64,000 bases of DNA, taken from assembly GCA_964016885.1 (NCBI GenBank), contig OZ024740.1:70122001-70186000 (forward strand), given 5' to 3'. Positions 12,830-28,560 of this stretch are shown here, piece after piece. How positions within the stretch are numbered: position 1 is the first letter of the stretch; every line of letters starts with the position of its first letter. The notes under the pieces were generated by a model. That model was not told the origin of the DNA. It ran no database searches and saw only the letters and a program-made list of their open reading frames with translations. The stretch comes from Eledone cirrhosa (lineage: Eukaryota). The position numbers and the translations under genes are program-made.

Positions 12830-13710
12830 TATTATCAAGAAAACGAAAAATCAGTGATGCATCTGGACTTAGTTTATTTCGTGTTACAAATGTTTCGCCG
12901 GCATGTAGCTCGAGTCATGGTCCTTGTATGGATCTGGCTGATTCTACTTCTGCGGGTTCTTTCACATACGGTTGTTATGTCTGGAGCAAATTTTATCACA
13001 TACAGATTTAATGTATATGTGTGGACACAGGTGTGTGGGTATATGGGCGTGTGTGTGTGTGTGTGTGTGTAGATGCGTATGTATGTGTGTATATATATGC
13101 GTGAGTGGGTGTTAGGGTGTGTGTAAGGGCACGGGTGCGTGGGTGCACGAGCTTATGCGCGCCTGTATGTGCAGACATGTGCATATATATACATATGTGG
13201 CAGAATGTGGGTGTATGTGTGTGTGGCGGTGCGTGTATACGTGTGTCTATATATGAGCATATATATGTATACATATATATATATATATATATATGTCTAT
13301 ATGTGTATGAGTGAGTAAGTACGTATAGCCACATATGAGTAGGTGTGTGTGTGTGCGGGCGGGAAAGTGTGTGTATATATGTGTGGATGTGTATGGGTGT
13401 ATATATGTGGATGTGTGTGTGGGTGCAGGTGCATGCATTTACGGGCCTCTATATGTGTGTATATGTATTTGTGCATGCATGTATGTGTTCATGTGCATCT
13501 CTTGGGAATGTGTGCGGATGTTTATATATGGACTATATATGTTTTTTTCATTATTATTATTATTATTCATTTGTATTATTTTATCACATACCCTCTATAC
13601 ATACCCGTATATATGCGTATATGTACGTATGAGTCTGTGTACGTGTGCGTTTGTGTATGTGTGTGTATATATATACGTAGGTGCGTGTGTGTGTATGTGT
13701 GTATAATAGG

Positions 13711-13770
<60 letters not shown>

Positions 13771-14278
13771 TATATGTATGTGTGTATGTAAATATATACC
13801 ACATTGTATATAATATATTTCATTGTATATTTTTCTTATGTTATTACACTGCTTTATGTTATTATACTGTTTTATGTTTTTATACTGTTTTTTAGTGCAT
13901 AATGTATTTTCAACTGTTCACTTGCAGGTGTGTTTATATATGTACATGTATATGCGGTGGCACTTCTGTGTGTGTAGGCAGATGTGCATGCGTGCAGGTG
14001 TATACATGCGGCAGCATGTATGCGTACGCATGTGTAGATGTATGTATATCGGCCTATGCGTGGGTATTTGTATGTATGTGTGGATGTGCGTATTCATGTT
14101 AAGTTGTCCTTTTTCCTTTTTTGTGTGTATGCATGTGTATATATATATATATGTGTGTGTGTGTGTGGGTGTGGGTGTGTGTAGGTACGTGTGTAGGCAA
14201 TGTTTATGTACGTATGTGTTCGTATGTGTGTGCGGACATGTGTGAGTTTACGTTTGTGTATATATGTGTGTGTATGTA

Positions 14279-14311
<33 letters not shown>

Positions 14312-15308
14312 GTGTATATATACATATAGTTATCTAATGAACAACATAAGATAATTATTTCGTTTACCAGTGGTTTCTTGAAAGCAAAGGATATTTGCTT
14401 TCATTCAGCAGAATGAAAAAAATCCTAAGTGTGTATATATATGTGTATACGCAGGTTTGTATATATGTATGTATATGTGTGTATGTATATATGCGTATGT
14501 ATGAGCGTATATATATATAGAGAGAGAGATAAATATATATATATATATATATTTAAATGTATACAAGATTGGCCGTATGCGTGTGTGCGCGCATGTGTAT
14601 GTATATATGTGTACGTTTGAATAGGACATGCTTACCCAATTGATACAGAGCAGTCAGAAGGCTCGTGGCGGCATGTATCAACAAGTGTGTGCGACTGGGT
14701 CCATGGGAGAGGGTGTGTGAGTATATATACTGCGATGTACGTATGTGGCCGCGTGGGGGTCTGCGCATGTAGACATACGAGTGTGAATGCATAGATAGGT
14801 ATGTGTCTGAATGTGTGTGTGTTATTATTATGTGTTTATTCTAGTATGTGTGGGTGCTTACCCTGAAGTGTGAGCAGACGTGTGAAGTACTGAACCCAGC
14901 ATGACTCCATTGAAATGTGTCGGACGGAAAATGGTTGATGAACCGTGTGGCAGCAGATACTGACCAGAACTTGTGATGACGTCGAGTAAAAACAGCCAAT
15001 GGCATGACAGGAGTGGAAAGAGGTTTTTTGAGGATGTTGTTTTGATGATCACACCCAGTGATAAAATTTGCTCCTGACATAACATCCGTGTCTGAAAGAA
15101 CCCGCAGAAGCAGAATCAGCCAGATCCATACAAGGACCATGACTTGAACTACATGCCGGCGAAACATTTGTAACACGAAATAAACTAAGTCCAGATGCAT
15201 CACTGATTTTTCGTTTTCTTGATAATATCTACAATCCACTCTGATGAATATCGAGTGCTAATTTTGGCATACCGCCTACAGAAGCACCATAGCTACCACT
15301 ATACACAA

Positions 15309-15310
<2 letters not shown>
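12830..15310 (+). mobile_element. 2.5-kb non-coding element with ~170-bp inverted ends, degenerate (TG/TA) interior and 3-prime tail
   Basis: 12830-12999 is the reverse complement of ~15058-15228; tail 15229-15310. HHR-like motif cgtgt-CTGAAAGA...GAAA-catttg-TA-acacg at 15087-15177 (one extra base in the core). Confidence 0.7.
14327..14427 (-). mobile_element. Nested fragment of the 12386 HHR family (core mutated to CTGCTGA)
   Basis: Aligns by eye with 12451-12550. Confidence 0.75.
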
Positions 15311-15370
<60 letters not shown>

Positions 15371-15376
<6 letters not shown>

Positions 15377-15727
15377 AAAAAGAGATGAAATCGAAAATGC
15401 AACTGGAGTCTTATTTTTTTTTTAAATATATTTATTTATTTGGTTCCTTTACCGGTTTCGCAGTTCTTCTGCTTTTCAAAAGGTGAGTTGAGATGGAGGG
15501 TCTGTGGTTTTTCTCACATCTGATGTGAGAAAAACCACAGACCCTCCATCTCAACTCACCTTTTGAAAAGCAGAAGAACTGCGAAACCGGTAAAGGAACC
15601 AAATAAATATATATATTTTTTTTTTAAATAAGACTCCAGTTGCATTTTCGATTTCATCTCTTTTTCTTTATACTTTCACTCGTGTAGGACACCTCGGTTA
15701 TTTTTCATTTTGTAAAAAAAACCTCAC

Positions 15728-15734
<7 letters not shown>
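15371..15734 (+). mobile_element. Near-perfect ~300-bp palindrome + tail, PLE-type 3-prime ends (second copy at 38155-38450)
   Basis: Arms 15371-15520 and 15522-15672 with a 1-nt spacer; tail 15673-15734; inside (TA)n. Confidence 0.85.
15559..15596 (+). ncRNA. Minimal type I hammerhead ribozyme, U3-A8 core variant
   Basis: cctt-TTGAAAA-gcag aagaa ctgc-GAA-ac cg gt-A-aagg. Identical mirror copy at 15446-15483 (-) and another at 38224-38260 (-). Confidence 0.75.
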
Positions 15735-16347
<613 letters not shown>

Positions 16348-16530
16348 ATAGGTTGAAATATATCTTCTTGATTGATGAAACAAGATTTTGCTTACTCATA
16401 TTGAATATTTTCAAAGATATATGTTTACATAATATAAAAGGCATTAGTATGAAAGCCGGATTAACTAGAAAACATTTATCAAGATTTCACTATATATTAT
16501 ATATATATACATATATCAGAGACAACATTG

Positions 16531-16648
<118 letters not shown>

Positions 16649-16988
16649 GGGGAGGGGTATAAATATACATATAGAGTTTAGAGAAAAAATGCCAACAGCG
16701 AGACAGTCTGTTTCAACATAGGGAAATCAAGTTCAAACGCCTTGAGTCGCTGTTGTAATTTTAATCTACCGACGAACTATGCCCGCTCAGCATTTAATCA
16801 TGCCTCGAATACTACCCAGATTTGTTAACTTTCCTCTGCTCACACCGTAGACACCTCCGTGTAAACATTGAAATAAATATAATTCAGTCTACATAATTAT
16901 GTACTTATATCAGTGTTTGTAACTAAATTAATATTTAATTAGCTTAATAGGTGTGTTGTCTTAATTTTTACTGGTTACATATATATAT

Positions 16989-17632
16989 GGCCACCGCCGA
17001 AATACGATCTCGCTGAAATTATGTTTGTATTAATCTCCCGGCCTTATCAATTAATTAGTTAATTCAATTAGACAATTCTATTGACTGATTAATTGTTTAA
17101 GTTTATTTACAAACAACCCGGTCGAGAGCTTACTTCGATTTGTGCAGTTTTTTGCAATTTTTTACAATTCCTTTACACATTTTAAATGCATCCGCCAAAA
17201 AGTGGGGTTACCTCCCTTGCAGAGTAACCACGTGGGGTAGTTACTTCACTGCTACTTCATTGGAACCCAGTAGGCGGTTGAGAACAGAAAATCTGTTGAC
17301 GAAATGGCTACCTTGTTCGATCATTATACCAAAAGCTTACAACGAAAGCAGAGAGTATACTTAATTTAGAAGTCACAGAAACCTCCCATTGGATTTTACC
17401 ACCACTTTCCGGGAAGGTCCAGATAATTATTTGTTAACCTGTTTAGCTTGTTCGTTTTTTTGGCTACCGTGGCTGTTGATTTCACAACCATTTTCTTCAT
17501 TTTGTTTGGTCTGTATAACGCATGTTAATTGCTCTGGTTTCATCTTAGTCCATTGAGCGCTTGCCGGCTATCTCGAAGATAGCGTTTCGTTTTGTTTTGG
17601 CCACCGCCGAAATACGATCTCGCTGAAATTAT
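16989..17632 (+). mobile_element. Non-coding interspersed repeat bounded by 34-bp direct repeats
   Basis: GGCCACCGCCGAAATACGATCTCGCTGAAATTAT at 16989-17022 and 17599-17632; the interior 17027-17245 resembles the reverse complement of 57180-57386. Confidence 0.65.
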
Positions 17633-17651
17633 TTGTAAATATATATATATA

Positions 17652-17744
<93 letters not shown>

Positions 17745-17746
17745 AA

Positions 17747-18073
<327 letters not shown>

Positions 18074-18634
18074 CAGAGAAAAGCTGCTACAAGACTAGAA
18101 CTGTTTCATTCGGGAGAAATCATCAGGAAGCTGACTGTACAAGTATTGTGGTGTATTTATATCTTTTCTGGTGGTAGGAGAGGGTGGTGATTGGGATGGG
18201 TATAAAGAAAAGGGAATTCTTTAAAAACTTAGAATAACAAAGGCAGAAATAATTTTATAGGCAGGTTCATCTGGGGTGCCACTCCTGATTTTTAAATAAT
18301 TATACTCTGCTTTACATTGAGTACGTTACTCACTGTGCTTTCCCCCGATTGAACGCGGGATAAACTTATATATATATGTATGTATATATATATTATATAT
18401 ATAATTGGATACTTAGTAAAATCGAATCTCTGGCGGTTTGCAAGCAAATTCGGTTTACTATATGAAATGAGTTAGCAAAGCACTCGACATAGTAGGTCCT
18501 TAGAGTAATAACATACGTTTAAATAGCTTGACAAATTGAACATTGTGGTAGCCAAAATCTAACACACTATATATCAAAGTAACGAAAGAACTAACAGGTT
18601 GAGAAAAATAATATATATATGTGTGTGTGTATGA

Positions 18635-18670
<36 letters not shown>

Positions 18671-18703
18671 TCATACACACACACATATATATATATATAT
18701 ATG

Positions 18704-18778
<75 letters not shown>

Positions 18779-18783
<5 letters not shown>

Positions 18784-18903
18784 AAAAAGTATGACCCCCA
18801 CGGCAGAGCTCATACTTTTTCATATTTCCCACTCTACTACTCTAAGTATTGAGTACTCTGGTGCGTTATGGTCCATCTGGTTGCTTACCACAATTCCTTT
18901 GTT
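18779..18903 (+). mobile_element. Minimal hairpin + tail element (9746 family)
   Basis: ATAGGAAAAAGTATGA..TCATACTTTTTCATAT inverted pair, then a tail homologous to 9851-9935; inside (TA)n. Confidence 0.65.
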
Positions 18904-19040
18904 ATATATATATATATATATATAGGTGCACATGTCTGTTTTCGTCTGTGCACACGTATGTTTGTTTGTGTATATATGTATATATACACACATACGCATA
19001 TATATATATATATACACACATACGCATATATATATATATA

Positions 19041-21395
19041 GCAAAATAAAGGAATGCAAATATCGGATAAGTACCACTCAACAGTTTATAGGACTGGAGT
19101 ATAAATAATATAAAATTTAAAGATGGTTAAAAGAGTTCCATGTATTTTATTATGCGCATTTCAAAAACAAATATCATCATGGGATGATATTTGCGTTCTC
19201 ATTAGATAAAATAGGGAGACATGATATGAAACTTAAAAAACACTTGCGAGCAGTGAAGTGTTAAATCAACATATGAAAAGTAAAATAAGATGGATATATG
19301 AGTTGGGAAAAAAAAGGAAAGGAAGGGGGAAGGAAAAGGTAAGGAAGGGGAAGAAAGAATATAATAAGAAAAGAATATATATAATAATAAGGAAAGGATG
19401 AGAGAGGAGGAGAAAATGAGTGAGAGAGAGAGATAACCTTTAATACTGAGAAACACTGTCTCACGGAGAGAAATTTAAAAAAAACTGTTGTAAGATAATA
19501 CATAATTAAAAAAAAAAAAGAAATTTAAAAGTAAATGAGATTTATGAATAGTGATGCTTATGATTAAAGAAAAAGGAATTAAGAATACTATAAGGTTTAT
19601 ATATTGAAAGGGTTTAATAATATGTGCGAAAAAGAATTTATTAAAATGTATTATTAAAATATAATATATTAAGGAGATAAGGTGAATGAAGAAAAGGTTA
19701 AGTGAATTATGAACGTAGAGGAATTAGTTAGGGTCCAAGTTTGTTTCTATGTATTGTAATAGGAAAAAGTAAATAATAGGTTTAATACGAGCACGGAAGG
19801 AGAGAAGAAAGAAGAAAATTCAAGGAAGAAAAAATATGGTCCTTAAAGGACAAAAATATTAACTACAACATTTCTTGGAGGAAGGTTTGCAACGCCTCTT
19901 CTTACCTGAATTCTTCCATATCCAGAACATGTAATCTCTGCCTAGCGGAGAAATTTACCATTATCTCTAATTTTAATTCTATAATAAATGGACGTACGGA
20001 TTTATTTTCGCTCTGCTTGCATAAATCCATAGAACTTTCCATAAAGTATACAGCTAATAAAGTACTACCTAATTAGTTTAAAATCTTCTTTTCTCAAGCG
20101 CTTTTATATCTTTTACAAATATACCCATCTTTCTACCTTATTTCAGTATATTATACAATTTACTCATACTATGTCGTTAGCGATCCCCTTAATTTACCAT
20201 TATCTCTAATTTTAATTCTATAATAAATAGGTGTACGGATTTATTTTCGCTCTACTTGCATAAATCCCATGAACTTTCCATAAAGTATACAGCTAATATC
20301 TTACTACCTAATGAGTTTAAAATCTTCTTTTCTCAAAACGCTTTTATATCTTTTACAAATATACCCATCTTTCTACCTTATTTCAGTATATTATACAATT
20401 TACTCATACTATGTCGTTAGTGGTCCCCTATTTTTCTTCTTTTTTATCCCTTTTTCTTTTATAATTTCTAATCTTTAATCTGCAACTTTTACTTCTCAAT
20501 TACTTCTTAATTCATATTATAACTCACTATAGCATTTTCTTTATATTCTCGGCCATACAAATTTTTATTTTTAATATATACTAATATTACCATTAGTAAA
20601 TTTTGTAAACATATATTTTTTTTGACGTTATATATTTTTTCTTCCTTGAATTTTCTCCTTTCTTCTCTCCTTCCGTGCTCATATTAAACTTATTATTTAC
20701 TTTTTCCTATTACAATACATAGAAACAAACTTGGACCCTAACTCTAAGTTCATAATTCATTTAACCTTTTCTTCATTCACCTTATCTCCTTAATATATTT
20801 TATTTTAATAATACATTTTAATAAATTCCTTTTCGCACATATTATTAAACCCTTCAATATATAAACCTTAAATAAATAGTATTCTTAATTCCTTTTTCTT
20901 TAATTATAAGCATCACCATTCATAAACCTCATTAACTTTTAATTTGCTAAATTTTTTTTAAATTATGTATTACCTTACAACGGTTTTTTTTTATTTCTTT
21001 CCCTGAGACAGTGTTTCTCAGTATTAAAGGTTGTCACTCTCTCTCTCTCACTCATTTTCTCCTCCTCTCTCATCCTTCCTTCTTATACTCCTCCTCCGTC
21101 ATCCTTTCCTTATTATTATTTTTTTTTTATTATTATATTCTTTATTCCTCTTCCTTACCTTTGCCTTCCCCCCTTCCTTTCCTTTTTTTCCCCCAATCTC
21201 ATATATCCATCTTATTTTATTTTTTATATGTTGATTTAACACTAAACTGCTCGCAAGTGTTTTTTAAGCTTCATATCATCTCTCCCTATTTTATCTGATG
21301 AGAACGCAAATATCATCCCATGATGATATTTGTTTTTGAAATGCGCATAATAAAATACATGGAACTCTTTTAACCATCTTTTGATTTTATATTAT
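19041..21395. mobile_element. Head-to-head inverted pair of 5-prime-truncated Nematis-type PLE 3-prime ends
   Basis: The left arm ~19105-19838 is the diverged reverse complement of ~20630-21395. The right arm starts in the endonuclease C-terminus ([27 protein letters not shown], 19838-20057), with a ~239-bp internal direct duplication (19953-20430). Related to 40738-43053. Confidence 0.85.
21289..21355 (+). ncRNA. Type I hammerhead ribozyme
   Basis: ttttat-CTGATGA-gaacgcaaatatcatc ccat gatgatatttgttttt-GAAA-tgcgca-TA-ataaaa. The mirror copy at 19143-19213 (-) has CTAATGA. Confidence 0.8.
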
Positions 21396-21406
21396 ATATA
21401 TATATT

Positions 21407-21524
<118 letters not shown>

Positions 21525-21814
21525 TATGTGTGCGTGCGTGTGTGTATGTTTGTCTGTGTGTATAGTATTAAATTTTTATCCCACTGTTTTTCCATCTCAT
21601 AAAAAGTATATCTATGTGAATCTATTAAGAGCTTTCAGGCACGCTCTTGTCGCTCTAATGTCATTACTTCCCACAGAAAAAGTCAGTGTTGACTGAAAAG
21701 TTCATAAGCTGACTAAGATTCTCTCATTTTATGGAGTTTATATAGTAATATAGATTATTTTCCTGGTTTAGCAGGGAAACATAATGAGGATTATATGTCA
21801 TGTCATGCAACATT

Positions 21815-21985
21815 GAGCGCGTGGCTGAGTGGTTAGAGAATTGGATTCGCAATCATGAGGTTGTGAGTTCGATTCCTGTACCTTGAGCAAGACACTTTAT
21901 TACAAGTTACTCCTTCTACCTGGATTTGCGACCGATAGATAGTATTAGTAATTGGAAAGATTTGACGAAAGTCGAACGAATGTCG
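21815..21985 (+). mobile_element. tRNA-derived SINE, family B (internally deleted)
   Basis: A box TGGCTGAGTGG and B box GAGTTCGATTCC; matches 59926-60150. Confidence 0.8.
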
Positions 21986-22281
21986 ATATATATATGTATA
22001 TGTACATATATATATAGAGAGAGAGACCAAAAATCACGAGCACTCTATCTCAAAGTTCTTTTTGAAAAGCATAAGAAATGCGCAACCGGTTACAACTTAA
22101 AACTGAAACTGAATACTAACTAATACTTATTACTAATTTATACTTATTCCTAATTAAACTATTTTTCACTGGGAAAAATTTGTCAGCATTTTCTTTTCTT
22201 TTTTACTAATATATCACAACTCGTGTGTCACACGTCTATTTCTTTTAAATATATATATATATATTATATATATTTATTTTA

Positions 22282-22457
22282 TGGTGGATTGGCAGTATCG
22301 GTAGAGGGTCGGACGCCATGCTTTCCAGCATAGTTACGATCTGAGTTCAAATCCCGCCGAGGTTGACTTTGCCTTTCATCCTTACGGGGTCAATAAAATA
22401 AAGTACCAGTAATGCACTGATTAATTTCTGGCCTTGTGCCTAAAGTAGAAACAATTA
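22282..22457 (+). mobile_element. tRNA-derived SINE, family A
   Basis: Nearly identical to 32628-32817; B box GAGTTCAAATCC and central GCCTTTCATCCTTACGGGGTC.ATAAAATAAAGTACCAG. Confidence 0.85.
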
Positions 22458-22599
22458 TATATATATATACAGTAAGGGAAGTAAAAAGAGAAAGGAATGT
22501 TAAAGGAGTGATTTTAGTAGAATTAGGTCGATAGCTTAGATAAATATGCAAACAAATAATACTCGTTCTCTGCTTCTCTTACTCGCTTCTATCTCTCTC

Positions 22600-22635
<36 letters not shown>

Positions 22636-22643
22636 GAGAGATG

Positions 22644-22680
<37 letters not shown>

Positions 22681-23517
22681 CTCTGTAATATATATATATT
22701 TATATATATATATATACATGCATACATACATTCGTACATACATCAATAGATACAAACATACATACATTCATACAAACATACACACAGCATACTTACAATC
22801 ATTCATACAAACATATATTCATACATACATCCAAACATACGTACATACATACGTACATGCAATCATTCATACATTCATACATTCAATCATACATGCAAAC
22901 ATGCAAGCAGTGAACAAATAATAGCTTACAATAAAATTCACCAAAAAATACACATTAGTCAAAGAAAAAATTCTATAAACCAAATTTTAAGTGTTTTCAA
23001 TAGTTGTTTATTTTTTCTGCTATCTGCATAGATACGTTTGTAGATTTTAATTTTTTTAGAATTGTGGATTGTCAGAATTGCGATTGTGTTGTCTATTTTG
23101 GATCTTTATATTCTAGGTTCAAATCCCGCCTAGGTTACCATTGTTTTTTATCCGACCTGAGTCGATGAGTTTGATTTAATATGCTGAGCTTGTGCCTATA
23201 TGAGAAATTAATACTTTACCTTTTTTGGTTATTTACATAAAACGTGGATTTTTTTTCTCCTGTGGCTTTGGTTTGCATTCATAAATACATATACGCTATG
23301 ATTTTAGTGTACAGAGAAAAGAGATCTCAATAAGGTATTCACGTATTTATTGCCAGTCCTCTAGCACTCAATGACTCTCACAAATATTCCTTCTTTAAAT
23401 TCCGTGGAAAATATATCTGAAGAATGGACACGTGCTCGCGTTTCTAGGCAACTCCGAGTAAGCCACATGGGAGCCATTTACCACAGAAATACATGTGCGT
23501 GTTTGAATATGTGTGTG

Positions 23518-23646
<129 letters not shown>

Positions 23647-24134
23647 AGATGGACGAGTGAGAAAAGGAAAATTTTCGAAAAGAATGAAAAGGAATGAAAG
23701 AGAATGGGGTATAATATAAACATATAAATTAAGAAGTATTACTTTATATTGATATTCTGTACATTAGATAGTGACCTTTCAGAAACTTGGAGATAAACTT
23801 CTTGCTTCTCTCTAAATGAAATATGAGAAAGGATTATATTTGCACAGCAAGATTTATTTAGCAATGACAAAGACCTCTGCGCCGATCTTAGTTAGCCAGC
23901 CCTCTAGTTACATTTTAACTCTCCTTTTGATATAAAAAAGAAAATAAATGAAGAAATAAATGAATGAACAAATAAATAAAAAAAAGTAAATAAATACGAT
24001 TTCGTTCGTTCTTTCTTTTTTTGTTTTTGTTTGTATTATTTATTTGTTTTATATCCCTTTATTTTCTTCTTGTCACCGGAGTTATAACCAATGAGTTATA
24101 TACATCCTTAGGGACTACGTGAAACAAAATAAGC

Positions 24135-24167
<33 letters not shown>

Positions 24168-24219
24168 ATATATATATACATATATATAGATTTATGTATG
24201 TATATATGTACGTATGTAA

Positions 24220-24250
<31 letters not shown>

Positions 24251-24924
24251 CCCTTTTGTAATCAAGTTTAGTTGCTGTTGTTTGTCATTGGTTCTGTCGA
24301 GCATGATGAAGACAAAATCAATCTTGATAGCTTTTCTTTGGCAAACATTGCTCCGGATTCACTTTTGGATACGACACACCATTCGCTTCGCCATTTTGCC
24401 GATTAGTTGGTACGATATTGTGGTCTCTAGTGTCTTGCCGATATTATTAGCTTTACACACACAAAATATATTTCAATGTCTATTGGATGAACAAATAGAA
24501 GCAAGACAAGAAAATAAATTCGTATTCTCCTTAGTTATTTTCACGTTTTTTTACATATATTTTTTCTATTTAATTTTTTTTTATTATTACTATTTATACT
24601 TAATTTAACTCGATGAATTTTCTTTTCCTAGAGATACTATAAATTTGGCTTTTGTTTACTTTTATGTAAATTTATTTTCATGTTAATTCATCTTATATAT
24701 TCTTGCTATCAATAATGTATGTTACTGTCGTTGTAACTTATTATTATTTCTTTTTTCTGGGGTTTTTTTCTTTTGACAATTTGTACTTATTCCAATTTAA
24801 CACTGAAATTTTATTTTCTACAGATACAATTCTTCTTGTAATTGATTATGTTAATTCATGTTAATTTGTGTTAAAATTTATTATGTGGATTTAACTTAGT
24901 TTTTGCTGCCATTATAGTTTTAAA

Positions 24925-25377
24925 TGAGGGTAATGGATTTGCAGTGTTGGTAGAGCGTCGGACACCATGCTGAGAGCAATGAGTTATGGCCTTTTACGTT
25001 CTGAGTTCAAAACTCGCCGAGGTTAGTTATGCCTTTCATTCTTACGGGCTCAATAAAATAAAGTACCAGTATTGCACTGGAGTCGATTTAATCGACTTTC
25101 CCCTTCCCCAAAATTAGTGGTCATGTGTCTAAATCAGAAACCATTATAGTTTTCAATGAGGGCAGTGGGTTGGCAGTGTTGGTAGAGCGTCGGACAACAT
25201 GCTTGCAGTATAGGTTTATGGCCCTTTACGTTCTGAGTTCAAATCCCACCGGGGTTAGCTTTGCATTTTATCCTTACATGGTCGATAAAATAAAGCACAT
25301 GTAATGCACTGAGGTTGATTTAATTGACTTTCTCCTCCCCAGAAATGTTTGCCTTGTGCCTATATCAGAAACTATTA
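24925..25377 (+). mobile_element. Tandem pair of family A SINEs
   Basis: Two ~230-bp copies, each preceded by CCATTATAGTTTT.AATGAGGG (tandem duplication including flank). Confidence 0.8.
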
Positions 25378-26339
25378 TAGGTTTTAATGTATTTCTCTAT
25401 ACTGCTTTTTTTCTGTCACGTTAGCGTCGAGCCAGCTAATAGAGACTCAGTCATCCAATTAAAAGAAATAATAGTTAAACCACCCGCAAGAGACATCCTA
25501 TCATCCTAAAGGAAGAAATATCAGATAATGAGGTCGTAGTTTATAGAGTATGTTGAATAAAAGATAGAATTATCTAGGCTGTTATCATAAGTCTCCTCTA
25601 CCAAGATGTTCTTGAGAATTAACAACAACAATCATACAGTGGTACATGTGTTTGTTCAATCTCGTTTAGAGTTTTGCAGTCAACGTATGTATCCAGTATT
25701 AAATAATGATAAAGGCAGCCAACTCATTAGTCAATAAATATATTCAAGGCTCTGCTCTTCAATATGTTTCAAAGATATAGTGTTGATTAGTTTATAAGAA
25801 ATATTACTAAATGCCAAACATGTTGAAGTACAATTGGACACATTTTAAATACAGAAGAAAAATTATGGGTCTTCCTTAGCCTGCGTGTCTTCGCAAAGTT
25901 CAAGCTTTCTATAAATCACGATTTGGTTTAATAGCTGCAAAACATCCCAGAGATTGATTTACTTGATTAAAAGTCTATTTCTCCATTTCATAAGCTGTGA
26001 CTTGTATAAGACATATTGCAATCGAGTATGCCTTGGTATTATGTACCAGGCTTTCGGTAAACGATTTAGGCACAAATGATTAAGTTGTACAACCAGGGTT
26101 GAACAGCTAGAAAGAAAAGGTACTTCGCCAACACTGTATTGGTACCTTTTTATCGATCCTGAAATAATTGTTTCTACATTAGGCACAAGACCAGCAATTT
26201 GAAGGGGAGGGGAAAGTCGATTAAATTGACTCCAATGCATTACTGGTGCTTTATTTTAGCCATAGATGAAAGAGTTAAGCGCTTAAAATGTGTCGTACAT
26301 GACATACTAAAACGATACTATGGCACTGGCTCATGTAGC

Positions 26340-26925
26340 ATTGGAATTCCGAAAAACCTCGAAGAGAGATGATCGAAGCCATTGCCCTCATTGTAAAAAA
26401 ATACCGTTTCAAGACAACATCATCGGTTTCCCGAGAAGTAAATGACTATGTGCATCAGTGTCTCCAGGAAGACTGTATCCCGCCACATGACGGAACAATC
26501 CTGCAACTTCGTTCTCCAGCAGCCAAGCCATTGATCAGTGAGAATAACAAGAAAACTCGATTATGCTCTTTGTCACATGGAAAACTTCGTGATGACTTTC
26601 CTGGATCAGGAGCAAGTAAGTGTCATGGACTGGCCAGCTTAAAGCTCCGACTTCAATCCGATTGAAAATGTTTGGAAGACGTTAGGAAGGACAACAAAGA
26701 TAATATTACAAGATGGATGGAAGAAAATAACACCAGGAGAAGAATGACTTCACTTAATTCGCTCCTGTGGCAGACGATCTCAGAGTGTAATTAATAATAT
26801 GAGTACATAGTAAGTACTAGTATATTGTAGTAGCCACTAGTGCTTATTGCAGTTACCTGTGTCATGATACTGTTTTATCTACTTTGTTGTTTAATCTGTG
26901 CGAATCATTTTGACCACCTCTATTA
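26340..26925 (+). pseudogene. Tc1/mariner transposase remnant
   Basis: MDWP..SSDFNPIENVW at ~26625-26675 (cf. the Tc1 WPxxSPDLNPIENxW motif) and LRS..AAKPLISENNKKTRL upstream; heavily deleted. Confidence 0.75.
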
Positions 26926-27671
26926 TTCAATGAAAATATGTTTTAGTATATAACTTGTGTACAATGAGCCTAAACAACTATAATTTTAGCCATATTTAAT
27001 TGATATCTATAATTTAACATGTATCAATTTTGACCTTTTATCTTTTTTGTTTTCTGAAGCTAGCGAAAGAGTTCTTGTTGTCCATGTTGCTGTTGTCGGT
27101 GCTGCTGCTGGCCACATTGGTTTGGGTGATGTTGGTGTTGTTGTTGTCAATGCTGCTTTCACTCTTCTTTAAGTTGTTCTTGTTGTAAGTGCTGCTGTTG
27201 TCGCTGTTGCGGTTGGTGTTCTTTGTGCAGTTGTTATTATTTTCGTTTCTGGTGTTGGTGCTGAATTTAATGACGTTGTTGCTCTGGAGTTGTTGATTCC
27301 GTTGTTTTCTTCACTTGTTTCGTTGTTGCTGTTGGTTCTATCATTGTTCATGTTATTGGTGGTGATGTTGCTAATTTTGTTGCTGCATATTGAGTTTTTA
27401 ATTATTTATTTTCATGTCGCTATCACGAGATGGCAGACTGAATGTTGGGGGGCGTGACACTTCAATGTTTGTAAATAAGCAAAAAATATATATAAATTCA
27501 AAAGGCCCAAATATTATAAAGTCTCCTCTTCACAAAGCAAAGACGGATGTCTTACGACTCTTTTACAAAAAATATAGCAACTAATACAATTGAAAAAAGG
27601 TTGAAAAATACTACCTTGCGGAGCTCACAAAAAGCACGTCTACACTGTCTGACAGCCATTAATAATAATAC

Positions 27672-27860
27672 GAATTGTTTCTACTTTAGGCACAAGGCCA
27701 GCAATTCGAAGGTACTAGGAAAATCGATTAAATCGACACCAGTGTATTGCTGGTGCTTTATTTAATCGACCCCGTAGGGATGAAAGGCAAAGTTAACCTC
27801 GGCGAGATTTGAACTCAAAACGTAAAGAGCCGTAACTCTAAGCCGAATCTCCCAATCCGA
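27672..27860 (-). mobile_element. tRNA-derived SINE, family A
   Basis: Reverse-complement match to 32628-32817. Confidence 0.8.
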
Positions 27861-27869
27861 CGTCTTAAT

Positions 27870-28560
27870 AATGATAACACTGATGGTAAAAGTAAAGAAG
27901 TACAGAATGAACGTGAAACTGCATATGATGGCACTACACGGACAGTTCAGAAAAGCAACAGATAAAATGAGGGGAATTAAATTGTGGAATTGGTACATGA
28001 ATACATGAAAGGGTACATGAAAAAGGAAACAGAGAGCACAATAATTGCAGCACGAGATCAGGCAGTTTGCTCGAGTAACATTAAAAAAGCAGTATATGGA
28101 GAGGTTGTATCTCGTTTGTGTAGCTGTGCAGTTGAAATAGTGGCACACATTGTCACAGAGCATCCGAACTTGCTCAAAATGATTATAAGCATGTGAAACA
28201 CAATGTGACAAGGTAGATAAATGGTACATACAACAGCCGGAGATCGTATTGGAGTTGGGAGACTGTAAGTAAATATGGGATTTACCCATAAAAACCAATA
28301 AATGGCTAGATCATTATAGACCAGACATAACTGTAATTGAAAAGAAAAATGAAACGTACCAGTTGATCCAACTTATACATTTGATATTCGCATAGAAGGA
28401 AAAGAAAAAGAAAATTGCACAAATTACGGCCCCCTGAAGTATGACATTTCAAGAATGTGAAAGATGTAAAAGGTGGAAATTATACCAGTAGTCGAATCTT
28501 ACAGTGGAAATGTTACAGAAAGCTTCTTTGCTTGAAACGGCTAGGATAATACGAAAATAA
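27870..28560 (+). pseudogene. R4/Dong-like (restriction-like endonuclease) non-LTR retrotransposon 3-prime remnant
   Basis: LHGQF, GYMKKETESTIIAARDQAV, degenerate CCHC (RLC..EIVAHIV), RPDITVIEKK, KEKE..YGPLKYDI, KVEIIPVV; preceded by TAATAATGATAA. Confidence 0.7.

Noticed and set aside
16366-16485. HHR-like tcttga-TTGATGA...GAAA-acat-TT-atcaaga
   Set aside because: U3-G8 core and no convincing stem II by eye; possibly a decayed long-stem HHR but not supportable.
18095-18130. Minus-strand CTGATGA..GAAA motif
   Set aside because: Stem I does not pair and stem II is only 3 bp; at best a decayed HHR.
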